DNA of 62,415 nt, filler included, from Rhabdomonas costata (Eukaryota): assembly GCA_019059605.1 (NCBI GenBank). It is 30 parts of 30 records of this genome, joined end to end, with 100 filler letters (N's around TTAATTAATTAA, not from the genome) between each part and the next. Parts side by side here need not be neighbours in the genome. Positions count along the whole stretch, not along the records: positions 10,425 to 12,408 come from JAHMHO010006724.1; positions 12,509 to 14,496 come from JAHMHO010006725.1; positions 14,597 to 16,576 come from JAHMHO010006726.1; positions 16,677 to 18,660 come from JAHMHO010006727.1; positions 18,761 to 20,744 come from JAHMHO010006728.1; positions 20,845 to 22,828 come from JAHMHO010006729.1; positions 22,929 to 24,912 come from JAHMHO010006730.1; positions 25,013 to 26,995 come from JAHMHO010006731.1; 22 more parts are not named here. One strand, 5' to 3'. A program made the position numbers and the translations under genes. The notes beneath the pieces are model-generated. The model had not been told where the DNA came from and did no database searches. It worked only from the letters and a program-made list of their open reading frames with translations. Of the stretch, positions 12,298 through 25,538 are shown one piece after another. Position 1 is the first letter of the stretch. Each line of letters starts with the position of its first letter.

Positions 12298-14820
12298 CTG
12301 GAGTGAGAAACACGCAGCCCTTCAGGAAAAAACCGAAAATACCCGCCTGCTTCAAAAGGACGTTTCTCTCGTTTTTTTTGAAGCGCTTCAGCCTTCCCAC
12401 CCCCCAACNNNNNNNNNNNNNNNNNNNNNNNNNNNNNNNNNNNNNNNNNNNNTTAATTAATTAANNNNNNNNNNNNNNNNNNNNNNNNNNNNNNNNNNNN
12501 NNNNNNNNGAGCTACCTGAGTACCTGACGCGTAAAAGCTGGGGTTTTTTGTGTGCGCTGAGAGATTCGCACCTTCCCCGTGTTTTTTTTGCTGGTATGGT
12601 ACTCTCTTTGTTACCTTTCTCCGCTGCTCGGTGACGCCGCAAAGTTCTTCCCAGGCAAATTCCTTCTTATTAAATATTCGATTTCGATGTTAGGTTTTAG
12701 AAGAAACGCACGATATTGTGCCACAGGCACAGGAGTTTGGCAATGATGTCGAGATTTTAGGTTCTGCAGTCATTTGCTCAAGGGTTTCAGACCCTGTTAG
12801 GTTCTGCGCCGCAGTGTTGTTCTCAGGGGTTTCAAACCGTGTCTCCTCGAATCAGTGATGCTGGATTCTCACCGGATGACGCCAATGAATATGCGCTGTC
12901 ATTCTGAAACTGTGGGCGCTACTTTGAAGTGCCTTTGCTCTCACCGCTCTTTCTCTCCATGTTGATTTTGAGGGTCCTTTCTTCAGCACCCAGTCTTTTC
13001 ACAACTGACCTCCGGACCTCCACCAAGCTTCAAGGGGGTCTTTCTATTGTTGAGGGTGCACTCGAGTTTCCACCCCGAGACATAAAGCTCCAGGATTTAC
13101 CGTAGTCTCTTGTCTTGAGGTCTCTTTTGTTGGGATTCTGGCCGTAGTATCGCAATTGACCACTTTTCCACGGTTGTCTTTACCTCAATGCCAAGCTGTG
13201 AGCCCTTTCAAGGTTGAAACCGCGGGTTTTCGACTTTGTTTGGTGGTGTGGTCCTTTGGGGGGAAGCTTACCGTATAACTGCGTTTTTTAGTCTAATTTT
13301 GCCCTTTAAACAGCCTTATTGACCACCTGGACCGCCCTGGCTGGATATTCCACCGTAACCGCGTTCCCTTGGTCCGCTCGTCTCGAGCTGTGGTGGGATT
13401 CTCGCGGGATGACCTTCAATGGCCTATGATACCAATGAACGCACTACCGACTGATGCGAGTTCCTCGTTTTTCGGAGTTTTTTTTCTACGTGGAGCACTT
13501 TTGAGGACCTTTCTGCCTGTGGTTAGCCTCTCGACTTTAATTGTGCCTTTTCGGAAGAAGGGTGATTACTAGCCCTGCTTTGATGCTCGATGATGGTCTC
13601 ACTGATAGTAGTATGACTCCTTTGTTTTGCTTTTTGCTGGTTGTTTCTTTTTCCCTTTTTGACGGCTGGACGGCTTTTGACGTTGTGCTTTGTTCTACTT
13701 CACCCGCCCTCCCCCGGCCGCACACACACACACACACACACACACACCAAAACCAAAGAAAAGAAAAGAAAAGAAAAAGAGAGAACCTCGCGGGAAGCCA
13801 CCGCCACCGCGAGCGACCCAAGGTGGGAGTCAAGGCGGCGCAGCCGCGGCAACACGGCCCGCTGCAAGAAAGACAAAAAACCACAACTGCACCGTACACT
13901 TGATAATCAGCCCTGCCGCCTCTCGGGGCTGAGGGATGTGGCAGCAGCGAGGAAGGTGGGAGGGGTATTTATCCCAGGGGCCCTCCACAAGGTCAGCGAC
14001 GACCAGAAAGAAGGGGATCAAGCACTGAGCATCCAGGGAGAACAGAGACGCAGAGCAGGAGAGGTCGACGGCAGGAAAGAGACCCTCGACACTCCCAGGG
14101 GCGAGACATGAAAGCCGCAGCCGAAAGCAGGTGGAAGACGAGCACGTGTGCTCCAGGAGTGCGATGCTGGCACGGGATATCACAAGTTCCAACGGTGTCC
14201 CTTTGTGCACCCGACGGAGGAGCACCTAGAACAGACCCGCGCAGAGACGGACCCAGTGCGCAGAAAGCGGAGCATCGCAAGAAATCAAAGCCCTTATGCT
14301 AGGGCCAACGGGAAGCCAAAGTATTCGCAGACGCACCAGGGCAAAGAGTCAGTGAGGCAGCCTTGAGGTACCGGAGGCTCAGCGGAAGAGGTCAGGAATA
14401 GCCGAACCGCAAAGACAGAGCGAGGTGCTGGCATGGCGACGCCTGCAGATACTGGTGCTGCCCGTTCAACCACCCCCCCCAAACCCTCCCAACACANNNN
14501 NNNNNNNNNNNNNNNNNNNNNNNNNNNNNNNNNNNNNNNNTTAATTAATTAANNNNNNNNNNNNNNNNNNNNNNNNNNNNNNNNNNNNNNNNNNNNCTGG
14601 GTGTGTTTGGGGGTTTGTGGCCCCGCGTACACCATCGGTCGTACGTCCCGAGGGGGATACCAACCCTGTGAGGAAGAGTAACGTGAGGCAGCGAGGCGTA
14701 AAGGAGAGAGAAGGGAGTGAGGCCCGATGGGTCCATGCCCCATCGAGGGTGGGGAGCGGGAAAAAGAAACGCCAGTCTTTCCAGGCCAAGTGTGCAACGT
14801 ATGTGTGTGCGTGTTGGTAG

Positions 14821-16576
14821 TTCCTGGAGCGGATCGAGCAGAAGAATAAAGAGCTGGTGAAGCTGAAGCTCACCACGGGCAACACCGTGCAGATCATGAA
14901 CGCGCTCACGGAGCGCCTCAACAAGCTCAGTGCGGACCAGGTGTGGCTGCGGAAGGAGATCAAGCAGCGCGAGGAGCACCTCCAGAAGCTCAAGGAGGAG
15001 ATCGCAGAGGTAGGACACCTCATGCGCGTGCTTACTTTTGGGCGGCGCGGTTTGTCTTTCGATCTGTCGTCGTTCGGAATGGTTTTACGCGCAGAACAAC
15101 TCTAGCTGTGGTCCCTGTTTCTATCTCTGCTGCAGTGCAGGGCACCTGAATGTTGTTCTTCCCTTGTTCTTTGTTTGTGAAAGGTGTATGAGAAAGGAAA
15201 AGCGGCTCTCTGCGCGCGTGTGTGCATCTGTGTCGGGTTTCCCAAGACCCCGCGTACACTGCGCATCGAGGGTCACATGGGGTAAGGTGATCGGCGGGGA
15301 TCCTAGAAAACAGAGGCATGCGAGCGATAAAATTCTGACTGGCGCGGCACAGTATTTAATCTTCTGCCGAAATCGAGGTTTTTTGTAAAGATCCTCCACC
15401 CAGCAGCAGAGAGGCGTCCCAAGAAGCGGCCTGGGAGGAAAAAATTTGGAAATGCCCGCTGAAGACAGAAAGACCTCCTCAACGTCAATGCGGGAGTGTT
15501 TACGTTTGGTTCAATTGGTGCTCAAAAAAGGTCGATCGATCCCGACACGCGACTCGCCCATCTGCACTGCATATGTATTCAGTTGCGATGCACGGCCGAT
15601 TGAAAATGCACCCACAGGTCCAAGTGGAGAAGGAGGCCTCGGAGAAAAAGAACACCCACCTCAGACTGCAGCACGAGGCGGTGAAGGTGCCCAAGGTGGA
15701 GGACTACATTCAGCAGAAGGCCGAGATGTTTGAGCTGGAGAAGGCCGCGATCAACTGGAAGAGGAAGGTCACAGCTGCTGCTAGCCTTTTTTTGTGGGTG
15801 CATGGAATCGGTGTGGTTGATGCATGTCATTCGTGCTGCCTTCGGCTGTGGTATCTTGCAACTGCGCCGCGTGACGCCGGGAGTACAGAGAGTTCGTATT
15901 TTGTACTTCAGAGTTTGTGTGGCCCCTTATGTGTGCCGTGGAGTTGGCGCAGCCTCCCGTTCACGGACCTATGTGTGACCCAAGGAACGATTGTTTGTTT
16001 GACCTTTCCGTTTTCCCGTTTGTGCAGGCCAGCTCATGGTTTTCTGCGATATGTTTTGATTTGATTCAGCAGTAATGTGCCAATTTTTGCGGTTCCATGG
16101 CGGGTCGACCTTTCGAAAACCTAACCGAAATCTTGACGCAGATTTTGGATATAGCTTGTACCTAGCCCCGCAGTTTGACTTGGTCTGGCACCAGCGACAT
16201 CGCGTCTTGTCCTCCTCCAGTATGGCGTTGATGTGTCATGTGTGGTTCTCCTGTCAAAGATGCACCCCCTTCCTCTTAAATCCATATAGATGCGGAAACC
16301 TGCAATATTTACCCAATCTCTTTAAGAGATGGCAAACCATGATGCCCTTCTCTCCCAGCGTGACTGCGCAGAGTAAAAGCGCCTTTGCGTTAGAATTAGT
16401 TATACTACTCAGGGAAACGAGAGAAGGCAGCCGTCACCTGTGTCGTCGACCTGTGGGGTGGGATCTGGCCTTCAGGTGGAAATTGCGGAGGGCCAGCGCA
16501 AGATTGTGCTGCAACAGAGGCGAAGCCTGAAGAACGCCTCGAAGGCCTCGATGTCACGCAACGTGCCCCACCAAAA
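14821..16576 (+). CDS. CCDC113: CCDC113/CFAP263-like (DUF4201) ciliary coiled-coil protein, C-terminal exons 14821-15009, 15618-15767, 16476-contig end
   Basis: ERIEQKNKELVKLKLTTGNTVQIMN and VPKVEDYIQQK...WKRK|VEIAE resemble the CCDC113 C-terminus. Both introns are GT-AG, phase 0. Confidence 0.8.
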
Positions 16577-16880
16577 NNNNNNNNNNNNNNNNNNNNNNNN
16601 NNNNNNNNNNNNNNNNNNNNTTAATTAATTAANNNNNNNNNNNNNNNNNNNNNNNNNNNNNNNNNNNNNNNNNNNNGGTGGGGTGTGGATCCCAAGCCCA
16701 TTCCAGGGTCCATTTCTATGAATCTCCTTGGTGGGTGTGGGTGCGACCTTTCTCGTTTTGAAAGTTGCTGTTTAACGGTGTAAAAAACGGTGTTAAACGA
16801 TTAACACCCACACACCCCAAATACAGCAGCCCCTGTTGTTCCGGTATTTCCGTGCGCACGGGTTGCAATGTGTCCTACAG

Positions 16881-18336
16881 GCCGCTGCCTGTGAGGCCCT
16901 GCAGGCGGCGTCGGAGACCCACAAGGACGCGGACCAGGCGCTGTCGGGGGCCCATGCCCGGGTGGAGGAGCTGGAGGCAAAGTTGGCCAGACTTCAGGCC
17001 GCTTCTCCGCAGCCCACGGTTGTTTCTGTGCACCCTATTCCTTTCGGGAGTTGGAGTGTGGTTATTTTGTCTTATGCGCTGGTCGTCCAAAATGGCACCT
17101 GCTTGCCACTTGTCTTCCCCCGTCAGCTGTTCTCTTGCACTGTGTCCTCACTGCGCTGTTGAGTGATGGTTGTTTTTACATGGCTCCACATTATGGTCTC
17201 TACTTTATTTTTGTTGTTAGAATTCGACAAGTCCGTCAAGTTGCGAACTATGGCTCTCTTTTCAGCGGTCTGTATGGCATCACAGGATGCAGTGCAAGAA
17301 AATGAGCCGCAGGGGACGCTTTCGGAGATGAGGTCGCCGAGTCGGCGTGGAGAGGTCATGTTTTCACCAGCCCACCGGTTCCGTTTCTTCACGTTTTTCT
17401 TTTTCCTGCTGCAAAGTGTTTGTGTGCACTGGGCGCATCCGGAAGATTCGGAAGTATCCCGCTCCAAGTTGACCTTCAATTCATCTCAACTGTTCTTTGT
17501 CTTCCCCCCCCCCTCTCTCGTTGCTTATGTGCTCCTGTGGTTTGCTGCTAACTTTGAACACTGGACAAGCTGTAATGTCCAGTTGCGTGATACTCCTGTA
17601 TGTGCATTGCACCGATGAAATCACACATCACTCCCCAGATCGGCGACCGCGCATGCGCATTGCTGCGAAGATTTAAGGGCCTCTGAGATTGTGAGTGAGG
17701 CTCAAGCTCTCAAGCTTCTTCTAGTCCACTGCGCCCATCTCCCTTCCTTGCTTCCGTTGCTTTCTTTTTGAGGTTCAGACCGAGCCTGCCACCGAGGAGC
17801 CACAACCCGGGGAGGATGAGCGAGAGGTTTGAGACGGGATCAGTGGGCAACTCGGGAGGGGGATGAAGCCTTCTCTGGGCAAAGCCCCATAACCGGGGAT
17901 AGAAGCCGACTGTTTATGAAGCACGTTGCCATTAGTGTCATGTGCAGGTTAGTTCACGTGCGCAAGCGTCTGAACTCGAGAGTATTCACAACTGAAACCT
18001 TGTACAGTAAAAGCCCACTTTTTCGCCAAGAATTTGTCTTCCTGTTTCTGTTGTTCCTGTGATTCCAAAAAAAACGACTGTAAGCCCTGTGTGGAGGAAC
18101 ATGGATGGCAGTTACTACATATGCAGCGAAGCCGTTAAGGACAGGAAGTCAAATTGCCTGAGTCGTCTTTTGTCCGATGCGCGTTCACGTAAACGTTTGT
18201 AGACTTTTTTATCGTGCAGGAGCTCTCCAGGCTCCGGACTTACGCCGAGCAGCTCCGCACAGAGCTGCAGGCAGAGAGGGCGATGCGAGAGAAGGCCCAG
18301 GTCGAGGCCAAAGCCGTGACAGACCTTCTGGGCAAG
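16881..18336 (+). CDS. Coiled-coil protein fragment; exons 16881-16997, ~17779-17826, 18220-18336
   Basis: Heptad-rich in-frame exons (ARVEELEAKLARLQ; ELSRLRTYAEQLRTELQAER) after CAG acceptors. The first ends CAG|GC. Confidence 0.65.
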
Positions 18337-19345
18337 GTGCCGCCTCTTTCTCCTCCACACAAGGAAAGGAAGGTCCTTTTCCTCCCTTTCCTTTCTTTTA
18401 CTTTCTTTTTGGCAAACCTTACCTATTTTCCTCCAGTGCTTTTGTGCGCCTGTGACTTTTGACGTCTGCTGTTCTGCATACTGTACACTGTTGTGGCCAG
18501 ATTGAGAGGTGTCCCGTTGCAAGGGTCTGCAGCAAGCCCGAGAGTGCTGTGAGCGATGCACCCCGAAAAATACGCGAGGTTGAGTTGAGTTTCTCACTTC
18601 ACTTTGGGGGGAGGCGGTTTTTTCAACTGGATGATACTATTATTAGAGTACAACACAAAANNNNNNNNNNNNNNNNNNNNNNNNNNNNNNNNNNNNNNNN
18701 NNNNTTAATTAATTAANNNNNNNNNNNNNNNNNNNNNNNNNNNNNNNNNNNNNNNNNNNNGGTGGGGTGGGGGGCAGGGGTAAATGTGCTCGTGAACAGC
18801 CCTCTGGACGCGGTGAAAGTCAGTCAGCACTTGCTCGATAATAAAGCAGGCAAAATTGTGAAGAGTTTTGCGCATCTTTACACAATGGGACACAATGTAA
18901 ACCTTCTCAGAAACAGCGGCATTGCTGACGTTGTCGAGGTTTGCTTCTCTCGTTTTCGGGGTGTAAGCAGGCTTTATTGACAATCCAAACTTACCAAACT
19001 TATAGTCCCTTCTCTTGTTTCGACGTACGCGTGAGTCGGGGGGAGGGGAAGGTTGTGACAGCGAGCCGAATACCAGAGAAAAATTCCCTTGCTCGAGCCT
19101 CTTCAGCAGAGCTGATAGGAATCCCATCCAAAGCCTGAGCGCGTCGCGCACACATCAACAAACGCTACCGAAACTCCCCACTCACCAAGCCCAAGAGTCT
19201 CTACGATCACCTCAGAAGAGGACGTTGCCCATGCCAAATGTGAACTATGTCCCAATTCAGTTGTAAAACAAAACCAACGTAAAGGCGTCCTGCATCCCTC
19301 ATGTAAGGGATGCAGGGCTTGAAACCAACAAAAATGTGGGCCCAC

Positions 19346-20500
19346 CTTCAGCCTGCGTAGAGTGTAGATGCTGTACATCCGGTAGTTCTCCAGAGAACAG
19401 CAGGGGTTGTCCCGGAGATCGAGCACAAGAAGGCGCTCCAGCGGGCGCAGTGCATTCACCTGTTTTGTGCATTTTTTCCAGTGCGATGGCGGATGACCTC
19501 TGGGAAGGAGGACGGAGTGAGAGCTCTGATACGCAACAATGACTGCCTTTTTGTCATTGGAGACACGCGAAACCCGTCTCAACGGCCAAATTGCCGACGA
19601 CCTGCACAAGAAGGACGCTTTTCGGCTTCAGCGTGGAAGTGTAAAGAATATCAAAAGACAGAGAAATAGAGGCAGGAACCGTTCACAGTCGACACGGCAC
19701 ATGCTGCAGAGGAAAGCAATCTCGGTTTGTATGTTCTTATGTGAAAGGCCTCCTGTGCGTGCGTGCGTGCGAGCTTTGCCCATATATGTGATGTGGTGCA
19801 GAAGACGGGCGCACAGTATCCGGCATGGATGTATCAGATATCATTGCGATGGGTAGAGAAACCAATCTCTGGGAGTGAAGAGAGTTCTACCTGAGCAAGC
19901 TCCCCCAGAGCGTTCCCACCAAGGTAGAGCTCCAACAGGGTGGTGAGCTGGGTCAGGGGGCCTGACATCGCGCAGATGTGGTTGTCTTCCAGGCAGAGCT
20001 TACGCAGTCCTGGCACCTCAGAGAGCAACTGCAAGTCGCGGATCTGAAGGTCATCAGAAGACAAAAAGAGCAGCCTCGTCTGCATGCCACAGATTCCTCT
20101 AATTCCCCTGAATTCTCGCCACAAGTTCTGCCCATATTCCTCCCTCCAGTTGCTGAGGCAAACAGAGGACGGGAAAAAACGGGTCCAGAGCTTGTACGCA
20201 CCACGCACAGATGTGTGCGTATGTACCCAAATGCACGAGTGAGCTCTTTTGGTTTGCTTCGCTAACAAAACAACTGCTGAGGAAGGGTTGTTTGGAGCCA
20301 AGCCAATTGAAACAGGACCAAAACCATTTCCAAGGTCAGGAGTTACCTCGTTGGAGCCCAGGTCGAGAACCTGCAGCCTGGAAAGCCCACTGGCAATCTC
20401 CAGCGCTGCCTCATTGAGTTCATTGTGGTGCAGGACGAGCTCCACAAGCCCAGGGCAGCACCGAGGAAGGTCGGCTGGAAGGCTCCGCAGGAAGTTATGG
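19346..20500 (-). CDS. Leucine-rich-repeat protein with LRRcap; exons 20500-20347, 20043-19891, 19459-19346
   Basis: LxxLxLxxN repeats (LVELVLHHN, LQVLDLGSN, LRKLCLEDN, LLELYLGGN, LLVLDLRDN) followed by the cap NPCC...YRMYSIYTLRRLK. Introns are GT-AG. Confidence 0.9.
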
Positions 20501-21099
20501 CTGCGAATTGCGAATGCACCACTTTCTATTTGCGGATCTACAAAGCCCGAAGCGGGTGCAACGGAAGTTGGGGTGGGGAGTGACAACCGTTACCAGTGGG
20601 AACAATTTTTACTAAGGAAGCATATTTAAAAACGTTGTTAAAGGGCCCTCAGGTCACGTCCCCGCCCCAACCGCCTGCTCCGGCCATGGCGCACACTGGC
20701 CTTAGCCCCTGAACTAATGCTGTCCTACTCGTTCCACCCAAAACNNNNNNNNNNNNNNNNNNNNNNNNNNNNNNNNNNNNNNNNNNNNTTAATTAATTAA
20801 NNNNNNNNNNNNNNNNNNNNNNNNNNNNNNNNNNNNNNNNNNNNGTGTTGGTGTGTTTGGGGGTTGGGGGGGGTGTCAGGCAACGTGGTGGTTGGGCACT
20901 GCCGCCTGTTCTTATTGCCGTCCCAGGAACGATTACCATGCGGTAACCGAGACGAATGAGCAGCGCGCGTAACTACTGCCAGAAATCCGCGAGGTGACGG
21001 TCGGCTGCAGACCTTTTCAAAGGGTCGTTTCCTATTTCCTGCTTGTATATCGAAGATAAAAAAGGAAACCCACAACTCTCAAAGAGGAAGGAAGGCTAC

Positions 21100-21545
21100 C
21101 AGTCAGACAGCTGTGGAACAGCCCTTCGCCGTGCAAAGCGGCAAGGCCTTCCAACAGGCCCACGGCAACATTCCTGCGATACACAGCCATCAGCGCAGGT
21201 GAAGCACACGCGGATGACAATAAAAAACGGGAAAATGCTCCTAATTTACGTTGTGTTTTTTCTTTACAAAAAACTGAAGCGCAGAAGCACTTTGGGATGG
21301 TCACCTCCCGCGGGTCACTGCAGTCTGATCTCAGGAAATGTAAAGAGGTGCTCCGTCCGTCAGCTGCGCTACCTGATGAGGTTGAACGACAGCGGGTGGT
21401 GCTGCTGAACCACTGCCAGCAGACCCACCTCCGCCGGCAACCGCTCCCAAGTCAGAGCTACGCGGAGGTCCCCTGTGGCGCTGCACTCCAGAAGGCTCAC
21501 CACATGGCCGCGGCGGAGCTGCAGGAGCTTCTGGATGTCCTTCAT
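21100..21545 (-). CDS. Protein-kinase-like fragment, probably a pseudokinase; exons 21545-21373, 21173-21100
   Basis: LRRGHVVSLL...LTWE...LIR|NVAVGLLEGLAALHGEGLFHSCLT follows kinase subdomains IV-VIb, but HRD is replaced by HSC. Confidence 0.6.
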
Positions 21546-24449
21546 CTGCGCAGGAAAAAGCAACCGTCCTTGGACCAGTGTCATCTTGGTAAAGGGTCAC
21601 ACACACAAACACTCACTCAACCAGGCAGACAACACTCTTTCTGTGCGTGCGGCATCATAATTGGCGTGACTTCCTTACCTTCGGGGGGGGGGGGGCAGAC
21701 TGCTACTCGCTTGCTCACACAGCCGGAACCTTTTCTGGGTAAACTCCGTACTTTCCAGAAACCAGACCCGACCCAAACCGGCACGACCCCATCCAACCCC
21801 GAGAGCGAGGCATGCGACACGAAAAAAAGACCTTGTCCTCCGACCTCGGCCGGACATCGAGAACTTCGTCCGGAGGATCCTTCGAGGAGACCTTCGGGGG
21901 AGGGGGGGGCACCAACAACATGAGCAAAAGCGAACGGAGTGATGAAAAGGCAGAACTATTGCACGTCATAGGGGCACCGCGAAAGGTCCTCCGGCATGGA
22001 GAGCAATGCAAAGTATCCCTGAGAAGCCAATAAAAAACTGCGCAGGGGTAGGGGGCGAGTCCAATGGGCTGTTTTTCTCTCTGGGGGGAGGATGGGCCAC
22101 GGTTCTTTGCAAAGTGCTTTGTTGGGTGTTATTTCGGTGCTGTCCGGTAGCCATTCTACTTTAGTTTTCCTTTGTGGGGCGGCCGCGTGTACTGCACTTC
22201 GGATGCGATGGGGCGGTGGGAAATGGGCATTTTGCTGACCGCTCATGGTCCACGCACCCCGGGCTTCTTCGGAGTGTACTTAAGTGACAACTGAATTGCC
22301 CCAGTGAGCGGATTTTATGAGGCCATGGAACAGCCCAGCTAACCCGGCTGACGAAGATGCATCTAAGGGTCGCTTGTCCCGTTCTGAAAGGGGCTGACCC
22401 AGCAGCGCAACAAAGGCGGTCGGCCCAGGCAACTTTGGGGGAGGAGCAAGTGGGAGGGGAGGGCACGAAAATCGCTGCATTTTTGTGGGCGGGTGGTGGT
22501 GGTGGTGCTGGTGGTGGGGCAGCACCCCTCAGTGAGATTCGCCCCAAAAGGCCATCTCCGAAAACTGATGCCCACACACATACTGCGTCGGGAGAAGCAG
22601 CGGCAGCTGGTGCCACGTCTTTGACATCACCACGGAACTCCGCAGGCCGTCGCTCAACATCGCTTTGACCTGAGGGGACCATGGATGGGGCGCAAACGTG
22701 TGTGTGCTGCTGGCTGGCGAAGGCAAGTATGACACTGGACTGGTGACACTTGAAATCGAACTGCACTCGTCCCAACCGGCGTGAGATTCCTGTGCGCAGA
22801 CGTTCAGGCCCTTGTAGGCTGCATATTANNNNNNNNNNNNNNNNNNNNNNNNNNNNNNNNNNNNNNNNNNNNTTAATTAATTAANNNNNNNNNNNNNNNN
22901 NNNNNNNNNNNNNNNNNNNNNNNNNNNNTTGTGTTGGGATTCCCACGGTGGATCTGTTCAGCCCGACGCTGAGCTACTGGTCAAACTGGTGCGAAGGGAG
23001 GGGGGACTGGGTGGGCACTGTCGAAGAACTTGCGTGGACTTACATTACCCACTTTGGACTTCGATTCCGCAGGTGCTGGGAAAGGTCATTCAGTTGAGGG
23101 CATTTTTGTGAAGAACTTCCTTTTCTTTTTGGTTGCTACGACCCCGTGCATCAGTGCAATCAGACCGGTACCGTCGGTCCCCGTTAGTTTTTGTAAACGC
23201 AACACCCACACACCCCACAACACACTAGTCGCACGTTTCACGGATCCGCATAGAAGCTTTCATCCAGCATCCTGCGCGCGCACACACACACACGCACACC
23301 AGCTTTCCTTGCTAGTCTTCTTTTTGAACACAACACCTTCTCATCTCTCTCTCTCTCTGCGTCACGTGAACGTTGGAAGATGATCATTTGCTCTTGCTAC
23401 CGCGACTTTTGCGGGAGAAAATCAAAGAAAGCTACCAAATGATAGATGGCTCAGATAACCTGAAGATAATGCAGGCGCGATTTATGATCCAAATATATAA
23501 GTACGGTGACAGGCAGAAATCGGCACATGTTCGGCAGCACCAACAACGCTTCAGAGGCACAGTCAAAAGTATTTTCCCATCCGCATGTGCGTCAACAGTG
23601 CTCGCTCGATGGGCAGCGGAAGGTTTGGAAGGTTTTTTGTCCATCCTGGAGCAGAGAGCGAGCGTTGACCTTTGTCCCCTGACATATGGGATGACGTTTC
23701 CATTCTTGTACTCCACACAGGGAGTTTATCCAAGACGGAATCCATTACAAGGTAAGCGTGTTGCCCTTACCCGTGTTTGACCTTTTTTGGAAATATCTCC
23801 CAGGCGTAATCAACATCGCATCAGCATCATTATCGGTGCCCCCTCCAGCCAACAAGAGTTGGGCCGCAAGCTTTTCAACCTACCTTTTCCTTGTCCAGGC
23901 TTGGGTGGACTCCATTCTGCGGGACATGTTGTTCCAGTTCCTTTTAGGGTGAGCGGCACAAGCTGCTCTGCCGTTTTGAAGCCGAAGCTGCGGCGGTATG
24001 CCCGCCTCCACGGTTCACGAAAGGATTCCGCTCGTGGCCACTCAGTTACGTGGAACCCTGGCATTCGCGTGAAGCAAGACGTCTGATTGACGGTTGTTTT
24101 TGTGGACTGTTACCTGGCAGTTTATTTATATTAGCAGTATGCACAATGTTAACATCGCATTTTTGCTGAAATATAACAGGGATCGGTGACACCCTGCTCT
24201 CTGTTCTCACAGCAACAAAAGCGTTGCCCATTGGTATGCCAGGACACAGCCGGCCGACTGCCTCATCCTACTGGTCTCCAGATTTCTCGGCGGATGCATC
24301 CATGTCATATTTTTATGTGTGTTAAAAGACAGGCGGGTTGGGATTTTTTGGGCTGAACTTCGGCCATATGTATGTTCCCAGGCTGTTCCGAGCTTTTGCA
24401 TTGTTATGCAGACGTTTCTTTCTGTTTGTTTGTTGTACTTTTGATGAAG

Positions 24450-24594
24450 GATTTCGAGTATGCCGTGGCTTACGTGATCTATAACCCGGAGCGCACCCAG
24501 GTTCTGATGGTTCAACCCCCGGAGACGGACCCTCACATTCCTTCCGTGTGGGGCCTGCCCGCTGGCAATGTTCATCCAACGGAGACTTTCCAGG
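24450..24594 (+). CDS. Nudix hydrolase exon
   Basis: AVAYVIYN...QVLMVQ...WGLPAGNVHPTETFQ matches the start of a Nudix box (GxxxxxE). Borders are AG and GT. Confidence 0.75.
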
Positions 24595-25538
24595 GTAACC
24601 CCTAGCTTTTGGTGTCCCGAGATTTATCGGGCGTGGCTGCCTGGAGCGGCCGCAGTGCATACTGCACTTGGAGCTCTTCGAGGCCGCGGTTGTCAGTGGA
24701 GAGCCCGTTGTGCCCCAGGCGGTGCCTGGGGTGACCCAGTATCGGCAATGGAAATGGGGCAGCCTGGGGGATCTGCAGCCTGCGGCTGAGGCGGGCTCAT
24801 TATGCTCGCGGATTGCTCTGCGGAATCTTTGACCGTCTGCTGAAGTACACATGAAGTGCGGCGGGAATAGCTTCTAATTTCGAGAAGCAACCCTACTTCA
24901 AAACCACAAACCNNNNNNNNNNNNNNNNNNNNNNNNNNNNNNNNNNNNNNNNNNNNTTAATTAATTAANNNNNNNNNNNNNNNNNNNNNNNNNNNNNNNN
25001 NNNNNNNNNNNNACTGTGCTGAGCTCCATGCATTTCATATTCTGGTTTAAGAAGGGTAAGCAGGATAAATGTTTACCAGTGATACAACCTAATTCCCAAT
25101 TGTGATGGAATTCATGAAACGGGATCTTGCCACTTCAACGTAGAATCCTGGAATAAGAGAGGAGACTCACATCAATCCCTGTGGTTGAACCCTGTGTGTG
25201 CGCCGAATGGGGAGTTGTGCACTTTTTTTTTACTCTACTCTGTACAGCAGCTGAATGGACGTCTGTTCTTTGGTGCTTGTTCCTGCATTGGGGATTAATT
25301 TTCCTGCATTGGGGATTTCGAAATTTTGGCGATTTCTTTCCGTTTCTTATCGAAGGGTGTGGCACACTTCTCGTGGTTCAACCCTGTTGCTTTTGCGTAC
25401 TCTTCAGCACATGTTTGTCCGATTTCTTGTAAGTCGTGTTTTTTTGTAAGATGGGTGGTCTTGTTTCCTTTCCTTTGTAAGCTCTGGCTTCTTTGACAAG
25501 CTTTGTTGCGGTGCCCTTTTTTGGTGCCGCACCTCAAG

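Noticed and set aside
12780-14400. Retroelement relic (DSAY RNase H-like; CPFVHP zinc-finger-like)
   Set aside because: The motifs are short, on opposite strands and in heavily interrupted frames.
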